Source: Candidatus Omnitrophota bacterium (GTDB taxonomy: Bacteria; Omnitrophota; Gorgyraeia; Gygaellales; Profunditerraquicolaceae). Taken from it: a stretch of 42,016 nucleotides of DNA. A program made the position numbers and the translations under genes. The stretch spans positions 1-42,016 of the forward strand of contig VGKM01000002.1 in NCBI GenBank assembly GCA_016867005.1, given 5' to 3'. The notes below the pieces were generated by a model. It ran no database searches, had not been told where the DNA came from, and was given only the letters and a program-made list of their open reading frames with translations. The stretch's first letter is position 1. Each line of letters begins with the position of its first letter. Shown here piece by piece: positions 33,280 through 42,008 of this stretch.

Positions 33280-33711
33280 TTAAACCTCCAAAGAAAGCGG
33301 TGCCGGATTCAATTTCGGGTAATTACTGTCGGCAAATACTTTCAGCTTCTTTATCATCTTATTGCCTAAAGTCCCTTTAGGAAGCATGCGCCTGATAGCC
33401 AATTTCATTACTGTGGCGGGCTTATTATTAAGCATATTCTCTAAGCCGACTTCCCTTAAGCCGCCCGGGTATCCGGAATAACGGCGGTAAACTTTTTGCT
33501 TTAGTTTTCTGCCGGTAACTTTCACCTGCGAAGCATTGATCACTATGACGCCATCTCCGGTATCAATACTTGGGGTGAATATTGCCTTGTGCTTGCCTCT
33601 TAATATAACGGCGGCCTTGACAGCGATCCTGCCCAGCACCTTATCTTTGGCATCCACCAGGTACCAGCTTCTTTTTATATCCTGCCTTTTAGCTACATAT
33701 GTCTTTTTCAT
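33280..33711 (-). CDS. rplM: 50S ribosomal protein L13
   Basis: 143 aa with WYLVDAKDKVLGR, TPSIDTGD, YRRYSGYPGG and MLPK. Confidence 0.97.
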   Translation of the reverse strand: MKKTYVAKRQDIKRSWYLVDAKDKVLGRIAVKAAVILRGKHKAIFTPSIDTGDGVIVINASQVKVTGRKLKQKVYRRYSGYPGGLREVGLENMLNNKPATVMKLAIRRMLPKGTLGNKMIKKLKVFADSNYPKLNPAPLSLEV

Positions 33712-33717
33712 GTCTTT

Positions 33718-33755
33718 AAAAAAATTAAACTTGCCATAAATGCCCGTTTGGCAAG
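33718..33755 (-). promoter_or_regulatory. Leader hairpin plus T-tract between the rplM promoter and the rplM start (attenuator-like)
   Basis: The minus strand reads CTTGCCA-aacgggcattta-TGGCAAG, then tttaattttttt, then aaagacATG. The stem is 7 bp (33730-33736 with 33749-33755). Confidence 0.4.
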
Positions 33756-33764
33756 AGAATAGAA

Positions 33765-33792
33765 ATTATATCATATTTCTTAACGAAGTCAA
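33765..33792 (-). promoter_or_regulatory. Strong sigma70 promoter with extended -10 for rplM-rpsI
   Basis: The minus strand has TTGACT (33792-33787), a 16-nt spacer ending in TGa, and TATAAT (33770-33765). Confidence 0.65.
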
Positions 33793-33810
33793 GTAGTTTT
33801 TATGCTATGT

Positions 33811-34554
33811 TTAATATTTGACCTCTATTAAACATAGCCCCTTTGCCGGTATGTTCGGCCCGGCCATAGCCCTTTTGCGGGATTCAAGTATTTTTTTAAG
33901 CTGGCCCTTTAGAAGCCGGCCCCTGCCTATCTCAATAAGCGTCCCGGCAATGCTTCTGGCCATACTATAGAGAAAACCGTCCGCCTCTATATCAATGTAT
34001 ACAAAATCACTGTTTTTCCTTACGGAAATCTTCTTTATTGTTTTTACCGGGTCTTTTTGGACTCTCTCGGTTTTCTGAAATGACCTGAAATTATGCCTGC
34101 CTAAAAGCACCCTTGCTTCTTTTTGCATAAGGACGCAATCCAGCTTATGGGGGCAAAAATACACGTAGTCATTTGACAAAGCGCCCCTGAACTTCCGGTT
34201 CAGGATAGTATAACGGTATACTTTCGATTTTGCACAAAACCGGCTATGAAAGTTTCCATCCGCTTGGCTTATACCGACCACAGCAATATCTTCAGGCAAT
34301 AAAGCATTGGCCCCTAAACGGATTTTTTCCAATGGCAGCGCAGATTTAGTTTTAAAATTCGCGGTATAGGCCTTAGCATGAACGCCTGCATCGGTCCTGC
34401 TGCAGCCAATAACTTCAATTTTTTCTTGGAAAAGTTCGGAAAGTGATTTTTCCAGGATTTTCTGGATGCTGGGCTTAGATTTACGGCAGTTTTGCACCTG
34501 CCAACCGCAGAAATTACTACCGTTAAACTCTATTTTGACTTTGAGATTACGCAT
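33811..34554 (-). CDS. truA: tRNA pseudouridine(38-40) synthase
   Basis: 247 aa with FNGSNFCGWQ, GCSRTDAGVHA (catalytic Asp) and HNFRSF. It overlaps the asd 3' end by 25 nt. Confidence 0.93.
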   Translation of the reverse strand: MRNLKVKIEFNGSNFCGWQVQNCRKSKPSIQKILEKSLSELFQEKIEVIGCSRTDAGVHAKAYTANFKTKSALPLEKIRLGANALLPEDIAVVGISQADGNFHSRFCAKSKVYRYTILNRKFRGALSNDYVYFCPHKLDCVLMQKEARVLLGRHNFRSFQKTERVQKDPVKTIKKISVRKNSDFVYIDIEADGFLYSMARSIAGTLIEIGRGRLLKGQLKKILESRKRAMAGPNIPAKGLCLIEVKY

Positions 34555-35558
34555 TCCGCTATTTGCACTGCGTTTGTGGCAGCGCCTTTACGTAAGTTGT
34601 CAGCCACAACCCAAAGCCATAAACCGTTTTTTACAAAGCAATCGCAGCGGATACGCCCGACAAAAGTTTCGTCTTTTCCTTCGGCATCGCGGGGCATAGG
34701 GTAGAGATTGTTCTTTGGGTCATCAACTACAACAATCCCCGGGGCACGGGAAAGTAATTTTCTTACCTCTGGAGGCGTAATCGGCTTTTTAGTTTCGATA
34801 TATACGGATTCCGAATGGCCGGTTCTCACCGGGACCCTCACGGTAGTCGCAGAAATTTTGATCTTGTTATCATGCATAATTTTGTGGGTTTCTTTTACCA
34901 GCTTCCATTCTTCAGAAGTATAATCACATTCTGCAAATCCACCGATATGCGGAAATACATTATAAGCCAGCTGCTGCGGCATTGATTTTTCTGCTAAGTT
35001 AACGTGGATCCGGCCGAATCCGCCTGCAGCAATTGCGGAAATTTCATCCTTTAACTGCTCAACTGCTGATTTTCCAGCTCCGGAAGAGGCCTGCAGAGTA
35101 GTGGCTATAATTCTTTTAATCCCTGCCTTCTTATAAATCGGCCAAAGGGCTACAACCATCTGGATTGTGGAACAATTGGGATTAGCGATTATACCCTTAT
35201 GTTTAAAAACATCCTCCGGGTTCACCTCAGGGACGACCAAAGGGACTTTCGGGTCCATGCGGAAATCAGCTCCGTTATCGATCACCACTGCCCCCCGCTT
35301 TACTGCCTCCCGGGCAAAAGTGGCTGCTGCTCCTTTTTCGCCTTCGGTGCCGGCAAATAAAGCAATATCAATACCCTCAAACCCCTGGGCAGAAATCGGT
35401 TGAACCGAATATTTCTTACCATCAACCTCAATATCCCTGGCGGAACGCGCAAAAACCTTTAATTCGTTTATGGGAAAATCCCGCTGGTTTAAAACCCGCA
35501 GCATCTCGATCCCAACTACCCCTGCCCCGACTACTGCTACATTAACTTTCTTCATCAA
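34530..35558 (-). CDS. asd: Aspartate-semialdehyde dehydrogenase
   Basis: 342 aa with VAVVGAGVVG, ANPNCSTIQMV (catalytic Cys), SGAG and VRVPVRTGHS. Confidence 0.94.
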   Translation of the reverse strand: MMKKVNVAVVGAGVVGIEMLRVLNQRDFPINELKVFARSARDIEVDGKKYSVQPISAQGFEGIDIALFAGTEGEKGAAATFAREAVKRGAVVIDNGADFRMDPKVPLVVPEVNPEDVFKHKGIIANPNCSTIQMVVALWPIYKKAGIKRIIATTLQASSGAGKSAVEQLKDEISAIAAGGFGRIHVNLAEKSMPQQLAYNVFPHIGGFAECDYTSEEWKLVKETHKIMHDNKIKISATTVRVPVRTGHSESVYIETKKPITPPEVRKLLSRAPGIVVVDDPKNNLYPMPRDAEGKDETFVGRIRCDCFVKNGLWLWVVADNLRKGAATNAVQIAECVISKSK

Positions 35559-35571
35559 TAGCTCCTGTATA

Positions 35572-36621
35572 TTACAAATGTTTTACCACTAAATCCCCGA
35601 CTTCAACAGTGGAATAACCCATTTTGCCGGCTGCCAGTGATTTAAGTTTAGTGCCTGCTATTTTTATTACCGCGTCTTCGATTGCCTTTCCTGCTTTTAG
35701 CTCGCCAAGATTTTCCAGCATCATACCGGCTGCACAGATCGCTGCCAATGGGTTGATAACATTCTGCCCGGTATATTTAGGAGCACTCCCGCCTATCGGC
35801 TCGAACATTGATACCCCTTGCGGATTAATATTGCCTCCGGCCGCAATTCCCATACCGCCCTGGATCATGGCGCCCAAATCAGTAATAATGTCTCCGAACA
35901 TATTATCCGTAACAATAACATCAAACCATTCCGGGTTCTTTACAAACCACATAGTTGTCGCATCTACGTGGGCATAATCGGTTGCGATATCCGGATAATC
36001 CTTGGCCACTTCATTAAAAACCCTTTGCCAAAGGTCCCAGGCGTACGTCAAAACATTGGTCTTTCCGCAAAGCGTAAGCTTCCTGCCTTTGTTGCGTTTT
36101 CTGGTGAACTCAAAGGCATAACGGACGCAGCGCTCAACCCCTTTGCGCGTATTATAGGAAAGCTGAATGGCGACCTCATCTTTTGTGCCTTTGTCTTTAA
36201 ATTCACCCATGCCTTTATAAAGGCCCTCGGAATTCTCGCGCACAACCACAAAATCAATATCCTGCGGATTTTTGCCTTTCAAGGGGCAAAATTCGGCATT
36301 GTAAAGTTTGACCGGACGAAGATTAATATACTGGTCCAAGGCAAACCTTAATTTCAAAAGGATGCCGGTCTCTAAGATCCCCGGTTTTACTTCCGGATGC
36401 CCTATGGCGCCTAAAAAAATCGCAGAATATTCCTGCAGTTCTTTTATGTCACAGTCATCAACGGTTTTGCCGGTTTTTAAATATCTCTGGCCCCCAAAAT
36501 CAAAGATCTTGGTTTCATATTTAAAACCGAATTTATCCGCCGCACTTTCTATTACCTTTAAGCCCTCTCTTACGACCTCCGGGCCGGTCCCGTCTCCCGG
36601 GATCACTGCAATTTTATACAT
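35572..36621 (-). CDS. leuB: 3-isopropylmalate dehydrogenase (isocitrate/isopropylmalate/tartrate dehydrogenase family)
   Basis: 349 aa with IAVIPGDGTGPEV, NLRP, VVVRENSEGLY and NMFGDIITDL. By eye the sequence looks closer to the tartrate/D-malate dehydrogenase-like subgroup. The leuB call rests on its position in the leuCD operon. Confidence 0.8.
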   Translation of the reverse strand: MYKIAVIPGDGTGPEVVREGLKVIESAADKFGFKYETKIFDFGGQRYLKTGKTVDDCDIKELQEYSAIFLGAIGHPEVKPGILETGILLKLRFALDQYINLRPVKLYNAEFCPLKGKNPQDIDFVVVRENSEGLYKGMGEFKDKGTKDEVAIQLSYNTRKGVERCVRYAFEFTRKRNKGRKLTLCGKTNVLTYAWDLWQRVFNEVAKDYPDIATDYAHVDATTMWFVKNPEWFDVIVTDNMFGDIITDLGAMIQGGMGIAAGGNINPQGVSMFEPIGGSAPKYTGQNVINPLAAICAAGMMLENLGELKAGKAIEDAVIKIAGTKLKSLAAGKMGYSTVEVGDLVVKHL

Positions 36622-36631
36622 GTCTTGCTCC

Positions 36632-36892
36632 TTAAATTTCTTCCACCCACTTTATCGATGTTTTATTTAAAACAATAAATTTCTTTTTAGCCGTAAGTTT
36701 AGTTGCCAGGCGGAATGACTGGAGCTCCTCTAACTGGTATAGCTCCGCCTCTGTTATCGCAATGAAGTTTTCCCTCTGGTCATTGATAAAATCCAGCATT
36801 CTCTCGCCTTCATTAAGGTAAACGCTGCCCTTAATAGAAGAACCGTCATTGCAAACAATGTTTACTCTTTGCCTGTTTTTCCCGGTCCTCAT
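36632..36892 (-). CDS. Hypothetical 86-aa protein embedded between leuD and leuB
   Basis: Its ATG overlaps the leuD stop (ATGA) and GGGAGG lies 7 nt upstream. It ends 10 nt before the leuB start. It has no motif I recognise and appears beta-rich (VNIVCNDGSSIKGSVYLNEGERMLDFIND). Confidence 0.6.
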   Translation of the reverse strand: MRTGKNRQRVNIVCNDGSSIKGSVYLNEGERMLDFINDQRENFIAITEAELYQLEELQSFRLATKLTAKKKFIVLNKTSIKWVEEI

Positions 36893-37407
36893 TTGGATAC
36901 CTCCCTGCCTGCCGTCAGGCAGGCCTTTTTATGCTTCACCCAGTTCATTAACCCGCCCCCTTTAATTATTTCCTCAAGGAATTCGGGAAAAGCCCGGGTG
37001 TTGTAAGTTTTGCCTTGAGTAAGGTCCTTAATGACGCCGCGCGACAAATCAATCTCCAGCATATCGCCATCATTGATCTGGTCGGTTATTTCTAATTCCA
37101 GAAACGGCAGGCCTATATTGATCGCATTCCTGAAAAATATTCCGGCAAAGCTTTTTGCCAAAACAGCCGAGATGCCGCAACCCTTTATTGCCAGAGGCGC
37201 ATGCTCCCTGGACGAACCACAGCCGAAATTACTGCCTGCAACTATTATATCTCCGACAGACACTTTTTTAGGAAAATCAGCATCAATATATTCCATACAG
37301 TGGCTGCCTAATTCTTTTGCATCGGTAGAAACCAGGTATTTTGCGGCAATAATATCATCAGTATTGATATTGTCGCCGAATTTGTGGGCTTTACCTTTTA
37401 TAATCAT
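36889..37407 (-). CDS. leuD: 3-isopropylmalate dehydratase small subunit
   Basis: 172 aa with GSNFGCGSSREHAP and GGLMNWVK. The C-terminal tail KKACLTAGREVSK is encoded by the palindrome at 36904-36923. Confidence 0.93.
   Translation of the reverse strand: MIIKGKAHKFGDNINTDDIIAAKYLVSTDAKELGSHCMEYIDADFPKKVSVGDIIVAGSNFGCGSSREHAPLAIKGCGISAVLAKSFAGIFFRNAINIGLPFLELEITDQINDGDMLEIDLSRGVIKDLTQGKTYNTRAFPEFLEEIIKGGGLMNWVKHKKACLTAGREVSK
36904..36923. repeat. Second copy of the 20-bp palindrome (CCTGCCTGCCGTCAGGCAGG, 19/20 identical to 30538-30557)
   Basis: Read directly. It has an 8-bp stem and a 4-nt loop. It lies at the 3' end of leuD, and on the coding strand it ends 11 nt before the ATG of the 86-aa ORF. 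Confidence 0.95.
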
Positions 37408-38675
37408 ACCTTCTCCGGATGAGTGATCCTGCCGGTAACGGCACTTGCAGCTGCAACAGCAGGATTACTCAGGTATACTTCCGATTTAGAATGCCCCATC
37501 CTACCTATAAAATTACGGTTAGTAGTTGCAAGGCACCTTTCGCCTTCGGTCAATATCCCCATATGCCCGCCTAAACAAGGCCCGCAAGTCGGCGTTGAAA
37601 AAACCCCGCCCGCTTTGACGAAAATTTCAGCCAATCCTTCTTTTACCGCCTGAAGATAGATCCTTTGCGTGGCAGGGAATATGATCAACCGTAAACCTGT
37701 TTTAACGCGCTTTCCCTTCAGGATCTTTGCTGCTATTCTAAGATCGGTTATCCTCCCATTAGTGCAAGAACCGATAACCACCTGATCTATTGCGATATCA
37801 TGTAATTTACTTACCGGCTTGCAATTACTGGGCAGATGAGGACAAGCCACTTGCGGCTCCAATCCGGAAATATCCCATTCATAAGTTTTTTCATAGCTGG
37901 CGCCTTGGTCAGAATAATAAAATTTCGGCTTACGGCGGGCGGCTTGCGGCTTGTGGACCCTGATGTATTCTTTAGTGGTCTCATCCGGCTCAATCAGCCC
38001 TGCCCTTGCGCCTGCTTCGATAGCCATATTAGACATTGAAAATCTGTCATCCATGCCGAGTTTGGAAATTACAGGGCCGCTGAATTCCATTGCCTTATAT
38101 AAGGCCCCATCCACTCCTATCTGGCCTATCGTAAAAAGGATCAAATCCTTACCGCCTACCCATTTATCAAGCTTTCCTTTATAGATAAACTTTAAACTGG
38201 CAGGGACTTTAAACCAGCATTTTCCGTCAACAAAAGAACGCGCCAGGTCTGTTGAACCGACCCCTGTAGCATAAGCGCCCATTGCGCCGTAGGTGCAGGT
38301 ATGCGAATCAGCACCTATTACAAGGTCACCCGGCATGACCAGGCCCATCTCCGGCAGAAGCGCATGCTCTATGCCCATGCAGCCGACTTCAAAATAATTT
38401 TTAATACCCTGTTCCCCGGCAAAATCAGCCAATATTTTGCATTGGTTCGCACTCTTCAAATCTTTTGCGGGAGCAAAATGGTCCGGGACAAGGACAATCA
38501 TCTTATTGTTAAAGACCTTCTTGATCCCCGTTTTTCTAAATTCTTCAATGGCAATAGGGGCCGTGATATCATTGCCCAAAGCCACGTCGATTTTTGCTTC
38601 AATAAAATCTCCGGGGCCGATAGATTTCTTATCGGCATGAGCTAATAATATTTTCTCCGCTATCGTATATGGCAT
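37404..38675 (-). CDS. leuC: 3-isopropylmalate dehydratase large subunit (short, ~420-aa type)
   Basis: 423 aa with GADSHTCTYGA, IGSCTNGR and TCGPCLG (Fe-S ligand cysteines). The stop overlaps the leuD start by 4 nt. Confidence 0.94.
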   Translation of the reverse strand: MPYTIAEKILLAHADKKSIGPGDFIEAKIDVALGNDITAPIAIEEFRKTGIKKVFNNKMIVLVPDHFAPAKDLKSANQCKILADFAGEQGIKNYFEVGCMGIEHALLPEMGLVMPGDLVIGADSHTCTYGAMGAYATGVGSTDLARSFVDGKCWFKVPASLKFIYKGKLDKWVGGKDLILFTIGQIGVDGALYKAMEFSGPVISKLGMDDRFSMSNMAIEAGARAGLIEPDETTKEYIRVHKPQAARRKPKFYYSDQGASYEKTYEWDISGLEPQVACPHLPSNCKPVSKLHDIAIDQVVIGSCTNGRITDLRIAAKILKGKRVKTGLRLIIFPATQRIYLQAVKEGLAEIFVKAGGVFSTPTCGPCLGGHMGILTEGERCLATTNRNFIGRMGHSKSEVYLSNPAVAAASAVTGRITHPEKV

Positions 38676-38694
38676 AAGAGAAGTTTTTCGTCTA

Positions 38695-39942
38695 TTATTT
38701 AAATTTCTTTACGACAAGTGATGCATTGTGGCCGCCGAAACCCAAAGAATTAGACATGCAAACACTAACCTTGGCCTGGCGGGCAACATTGGGAACATAA
38801 TCAAGGTCACAATCCGGGTCCGGATGATCGTAGTTGATCGTAGGCGGGATAACACTGTCTCTAATCGCCAGGCAGCAAACAATAAATTCTACTCCACCTG
38901 CCGCTCCTAAAAGATGGCCGGTCATTGATTTAGTAGAAGAAACCGCTACTTTTTTCGCAAAATCACCCATGGCCTTCTTAATTGCCAGCGTTTCAATCTT
39001 ATCATTGAGCTTGGTGGACGTACCGTGCGCGTTAATATAACTCACATCTTCCGGGTTTAACTCGGCGTCATCTAAAGCTATCCTCATCGCGCGGCTTGCC
39101 CCGTCACCCTGAGGGTCAGGCGCAGTCATATGGTAGGCATCACAAGACATGCCATAACCGGACATCTCTGCATAAATATGCGCATGCCTTTTTTGCGCAT
39201 GTTCTAAAGTTTCCATAACCACTATCCCGCAACCTTCAGCCATTATAAAACCATCCCTGTCTCTTTCAAACGGGCGGCTCGCTTTTTCCGGTTCATTATT
39301 GCGCATGGAAAGAGCTTTTAACGCACAGAAACCGCCGACTCCAGTAGGCACAATACTGCCTTCTGTGCCCCCACAAACCATGACATCGGCATCTCCCCGC
39401 GCAAGGATTCTAAAAGCATCCCCTATTGCATGCGAGCCCGTTGCACAAGCAGTAGCCACGCAGACATTGGGGCCTTTCAAACCAAAGGTAATACCGATTT
39501 GGCCGGCTGCTTCGTTAACAATCAGCATCGGGATCAGAAAAGGAGACAGCCTGGACGGCCCTCTTTGCATAAAAATAGTATGTTCTTTTTCTATGATGTC
39601 TAACCCGCCTATACCGGAACCTACCACAACGCCGATCCTTGTCCTGTCTTCTTTATTTAGATCAAGGCCCGCATCAGTGATCGCCTGTTTTGTGCTGGCA
39701 ACGGCAAATTGGACAAACCTGTCCATACGTTTTGTATCTTTATGCGTCAGGCCGTATAAATCAGGGTTAAAGACCCTGACTTCTCCCGCTATGCGTGAAT
39801 CAAAACCGGTAGTATCAAAAACAGTAAGCGGGCCGATACCGCTTATGCCTTCTCTTAATGATTTCCAGAAGGTAGCGATATCATTCCCAACCGGAGAAAT
39901 GACCCCTAAGCCGGTTACAACGACTCTATTCTCTTTTTTCAT
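38695..39942 (-). CDS. fabF: Beta-ketoacyl-ACP synthase II
   Basis: 415 aa with ATACATGSHAIG (active-site Cys), NAHGTSTKLND, KSMTGHLLGAAG and NSLGFGGHN. Confidence 0.95.
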   Translation of the reverse strand: MKKENRVVVTGLGVISPVGNDIATFWKSLREGISGIGPLTVFDTTGFDSRIAGEVRVFNPDLYGLTHKDTKRMDRFVQFAVASTKQAITDAGLDLNKEDRTRIGVVVGSGIGGLDIIEKEHTIFMQRGPSRLSPFLIPMLIVNEAAGQIGITFGLKGPNVCVATACATGSHAIGDAFRILARGDADVMVCGGTEGSIVPTGVGGFCALKALSMRNNEPEKASRPFERDRDGFIMAEGCGIVVMETLEHAQKRHAHIYAEMSGYGMSCDAYHMTAPDPQGDGASRAMRIALDDAELNPEDVSYINAHGTSTKLNDKIETLAIKKAMGDFAKKVAVSSTKSMTGHLLGAAGGVEFIVCCLAIRDSVIPPTINYDHPDPDCDLDYVPNVARQAKVSVCMSNSLGFGGHNASLVVKKFK

Positions 39943-39962
39943 AGTCCGTCCGTATCAAAACT

Positions 39963-39992
39963 TACCCCGCCGACAGTCTTTTAGGCGGGGTA
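39963..39992 (-). other. 9-bp GC-rich hairpin in the acpP-fabF spacer (possible partial terminator or processing site)
   Basis: TACCCCGCC (39963-39971) and GGCGGGGTA (39984-39992) with a 12-nt loop. On the coding strand it is followed by AGTTTTGAT, a weak U-tract. Confidence 0.4.
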
Positions 39993-40027
39993 TTTTTAGT
40001 TTATTTTCAATTAAATATACCGGTAAA

Positions 40028-40267
40028 TTACTTGTTGCCAGCTTTTTCTTCGATATACTTAATCGCATCACCTACGGTAGTAATCTTTTCCGCATCTTCG
40101 TCTGGAATCTCAATGCCAAATTCTTCTTCCAGCGCCATAACTAGCTCTACGGTATCCAAAGAATCGGCACCCAGATCATCCACAAAAGATGCTTCGGGAG
40201 TAACCTCTTCCGGTTTTACACCAAGTTGTTCTGCTATTATTGATTTAACCTTATCCTGAACTGCCAT
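40028..40267 (-). CDS. acpP: Acyl carrier protein
   Basis: 79 aa with [31 protein letters not shown] (phosphopantetheine Ser in DSLD). Confidence 0.97.
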   Translation of the reverse strand: MAVQDKVKSIIAEQLGVKPEEVTPEASFVDDLGADSLDTVELVMALEEEFGIEIPDEDAEKITTVGDAIKYIEEKAGNK

Positions 40268-40331
40268 TCTTTTTCCTCCTTAATTTGTCCCGGTACACTA
40301 CCAGGATCAGCAAAAAATTACAAGTTTTCCG

Positions 40332-41075
40332 TTATTGCATTACCATGCCGCCATCAACTACAATCGTCTGGCCGGTGATATAACCCGCTTCTTCTGAAGC
40401 TAAAAATAAACATGCCTGCGCTACATCTATGGGCCCGCCCAGCTTATTCATCGGAATAACAGCCAGCATCCTCTCCTTTACCTGCTCAGAAAGCTTGGCT
40501 GTCATATCGGTCTGAATGAAACCCGGCGCCACTGCGTTCACATTTATATTACGGCTGGCAAGTTCTTTTGCCGCTGTTTTTGTAAGGGCGATGATGCCTG
40601 CCTTGGAAGCCGAATAGTTTGCCTGGCCGGGGTTTCCGATTATGCCAATGATCGAAGCAATATTGACTATTTTGCCGTAACGCTGCTTTATCATGGGCTT
40701 GGATACGGCTTTCGTACAATTAAACGTACCTTTTAAATTTACATTGATAACCGCATCCCAGTCCGCATCCGGCATCCTTAACATCAGATTATCCTTTGTG
40801 ATACCGGCATTGTTAACTAATATATCAACCTTTGAAAATTTGTCAAGAATTTTGTTTATTGCTTGCTCGACTTGCGCATAATCACATACATTAAGCTCCA
40901 GCGCCATAGAACTTACTCCCAATGCTTCGATTTCCTTCGAGGTCAAAACTGCCTTCTCAAGGTTTACATCGGAAATAATGACCCCCGCCCCTTCCCGGGC
41001 AAAGCTTAAGGCGATCTGGCGGCCTATTCCCTGTGCGCTTCCGGTAACCAGGGCTATCTTATCTTTAAATCTCAT
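40332..41075 (-). CDS. fabG: 3-oxoacyl-ACP reductase
   Basis: 247 aa with TGSAQGIGR, NNAGI and YSASKAG (SDR catalytic Tyr-x3-Lys), and the ending TGQTIVVDGGMVMQ. Confidence 0.94.
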   Translation of the reverse strand: MRFKDKIALVTGSAQGIGRQIALSFAREGAGVIISDVNLEKAVLTSKEIEALGVSSMALELNVCDYAQVEQAINKILDKFSKVDILVNNAGITKDNLMLRMPDADWDAVINVNLKGTFNCTKAVSKPMIKQRYGKIVNIASIIGIIGNPGQANYSASKAGIIALTKTAAKELASRNINVNAVAPGFIQTDMTAKLSEQVKERMLAVIPMNKLGGPIDVAQACLFLASEEAGYITGQTIVVDGGMVMQ

Positions 41076-41090
41076 AAAGACCTCCGATTT

Positions 41091-42008
41091 TCAATTTGAC
41101 AAATTTAGGATATCGTCTCTCTTTTCAATATTTACTACATGGGCATTGCTGTCAATGCGCCGCATCAGCCCTTTTAAAACTTTCCCCGGGCCGAATTCGT
41201 AAAACTTATCTACGCCCTGGCTAAGCATAAAACGCATTGATTCTTCCCATCGTACGGAAGAATACATCTGTTTTACAAGATTTTCTTTTACTTCCGGAAT
41301 ACCGTACTCGGGTTTTGCGGTAAAATTACTTATTATCGGCACAACCGGCGCAGAAAATGATACCCCATCCAACACCTTTTTTAATTCTGCCGAGGCCTCA
41401 AACATCAATGAAGAATGGAAACCACCGCTTACTTCCAACGGGATCACACGCTTAGCTCCTGCTTCCAAAAACATTTCAGATGCCTGCGTAACTGCCTCAA
41501 CTTTACCTGAGATTACTGTCTGGCCAGGGGCATTTAAATTAGCGATTTCAGCCCCGGTTTTAACGCAGATCTCTTTAAGTATCTCGGAGGATAGGTCTAA
41601 AACTGCAGCCATGGCTCCGGGGTGCCTGTTTGCCGCTTCCTCCATTATCTCGCCTCTTTTTCTTACAATCCTTAACCCATCTTCAAAAGATATGGCCCCG
41701 CAAGCCACCAAAGCCGTATATTCACCTAAGCTCAAACCAGCTGCAAAACTGGCTACTTGATGCTGGCTGCCGGCTGCTGATTTGAATGCCTCGAAAGCAG
41801 CTATACTTATTACAAGAATTGCCGGCTGAGAAATACTGGTCAACTTAAGCATGTCTTGAGGGCCTTCAAACATGCGCTTCTTAATACCAAAACCAAGTAT
41901 TTCTTCTGCTTTTTCAAAGACCGTCCTTGCCTCGGGAAAAGATTCATATAAATCTTTTCCCATTCCTATATATTGGCTGCCTTGTCCGGCAAAAAGAAAT
42001 CCTACCAT
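41091..42008 (-). CDS. fabD: Malonyl CoA-ACP transacylase
   Basis: 305 aa with FAGQGSQYIGMG, GLSLGEY (active-site Ser) and SGGFHS. Confidence 0.94.
   Translation of the reverse strand: MVGFLFAGQGSQYIGMGKDLYESFPEARTVFEKAEEILGFGIKKRMFEGPQDMLKLTSISQPAILVISIAAFEAFKSAAGSQHQVASFAAGLSLGEYTALVACGAISFEDGLRIVRKRGEIMEEAANRHPGAMAAVLDLSSEILKEICVKTGAEIANLNAPGQTVISGKVEAVTQASEMFLEAGAKRVIPLEVSGGFHSSLMFEASAELKKVLDGVSFSAPVVPIISNFTAKPEYGIPEVKENLVKQMYSSVRWEESMRFMLSQGVDKFYEFGPGKVLKGLMRRIDSNAHVVNIEKRDDILNLSN

Noticed and set aside
36048-36257. Nested same-strand ORFs (69 aa inside leuB; 60 aa at 37811-37993 inside leuC)
   Set aside because: They are out-of-frame ORFs within strongly supported enzymes, and nothing suggests they have a function of their own.
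36632-36892. PilZ (c-di-GMP binding) domain in the 86-aa leu-operon ORF
   Set aside because: The motifs only resemble PilZ. R-x4-R replaces RxxxR, DGSSIKG replaces D/NxSxxG, and the protein is shorter than a PilZ barrel. This is not enough to support a call.
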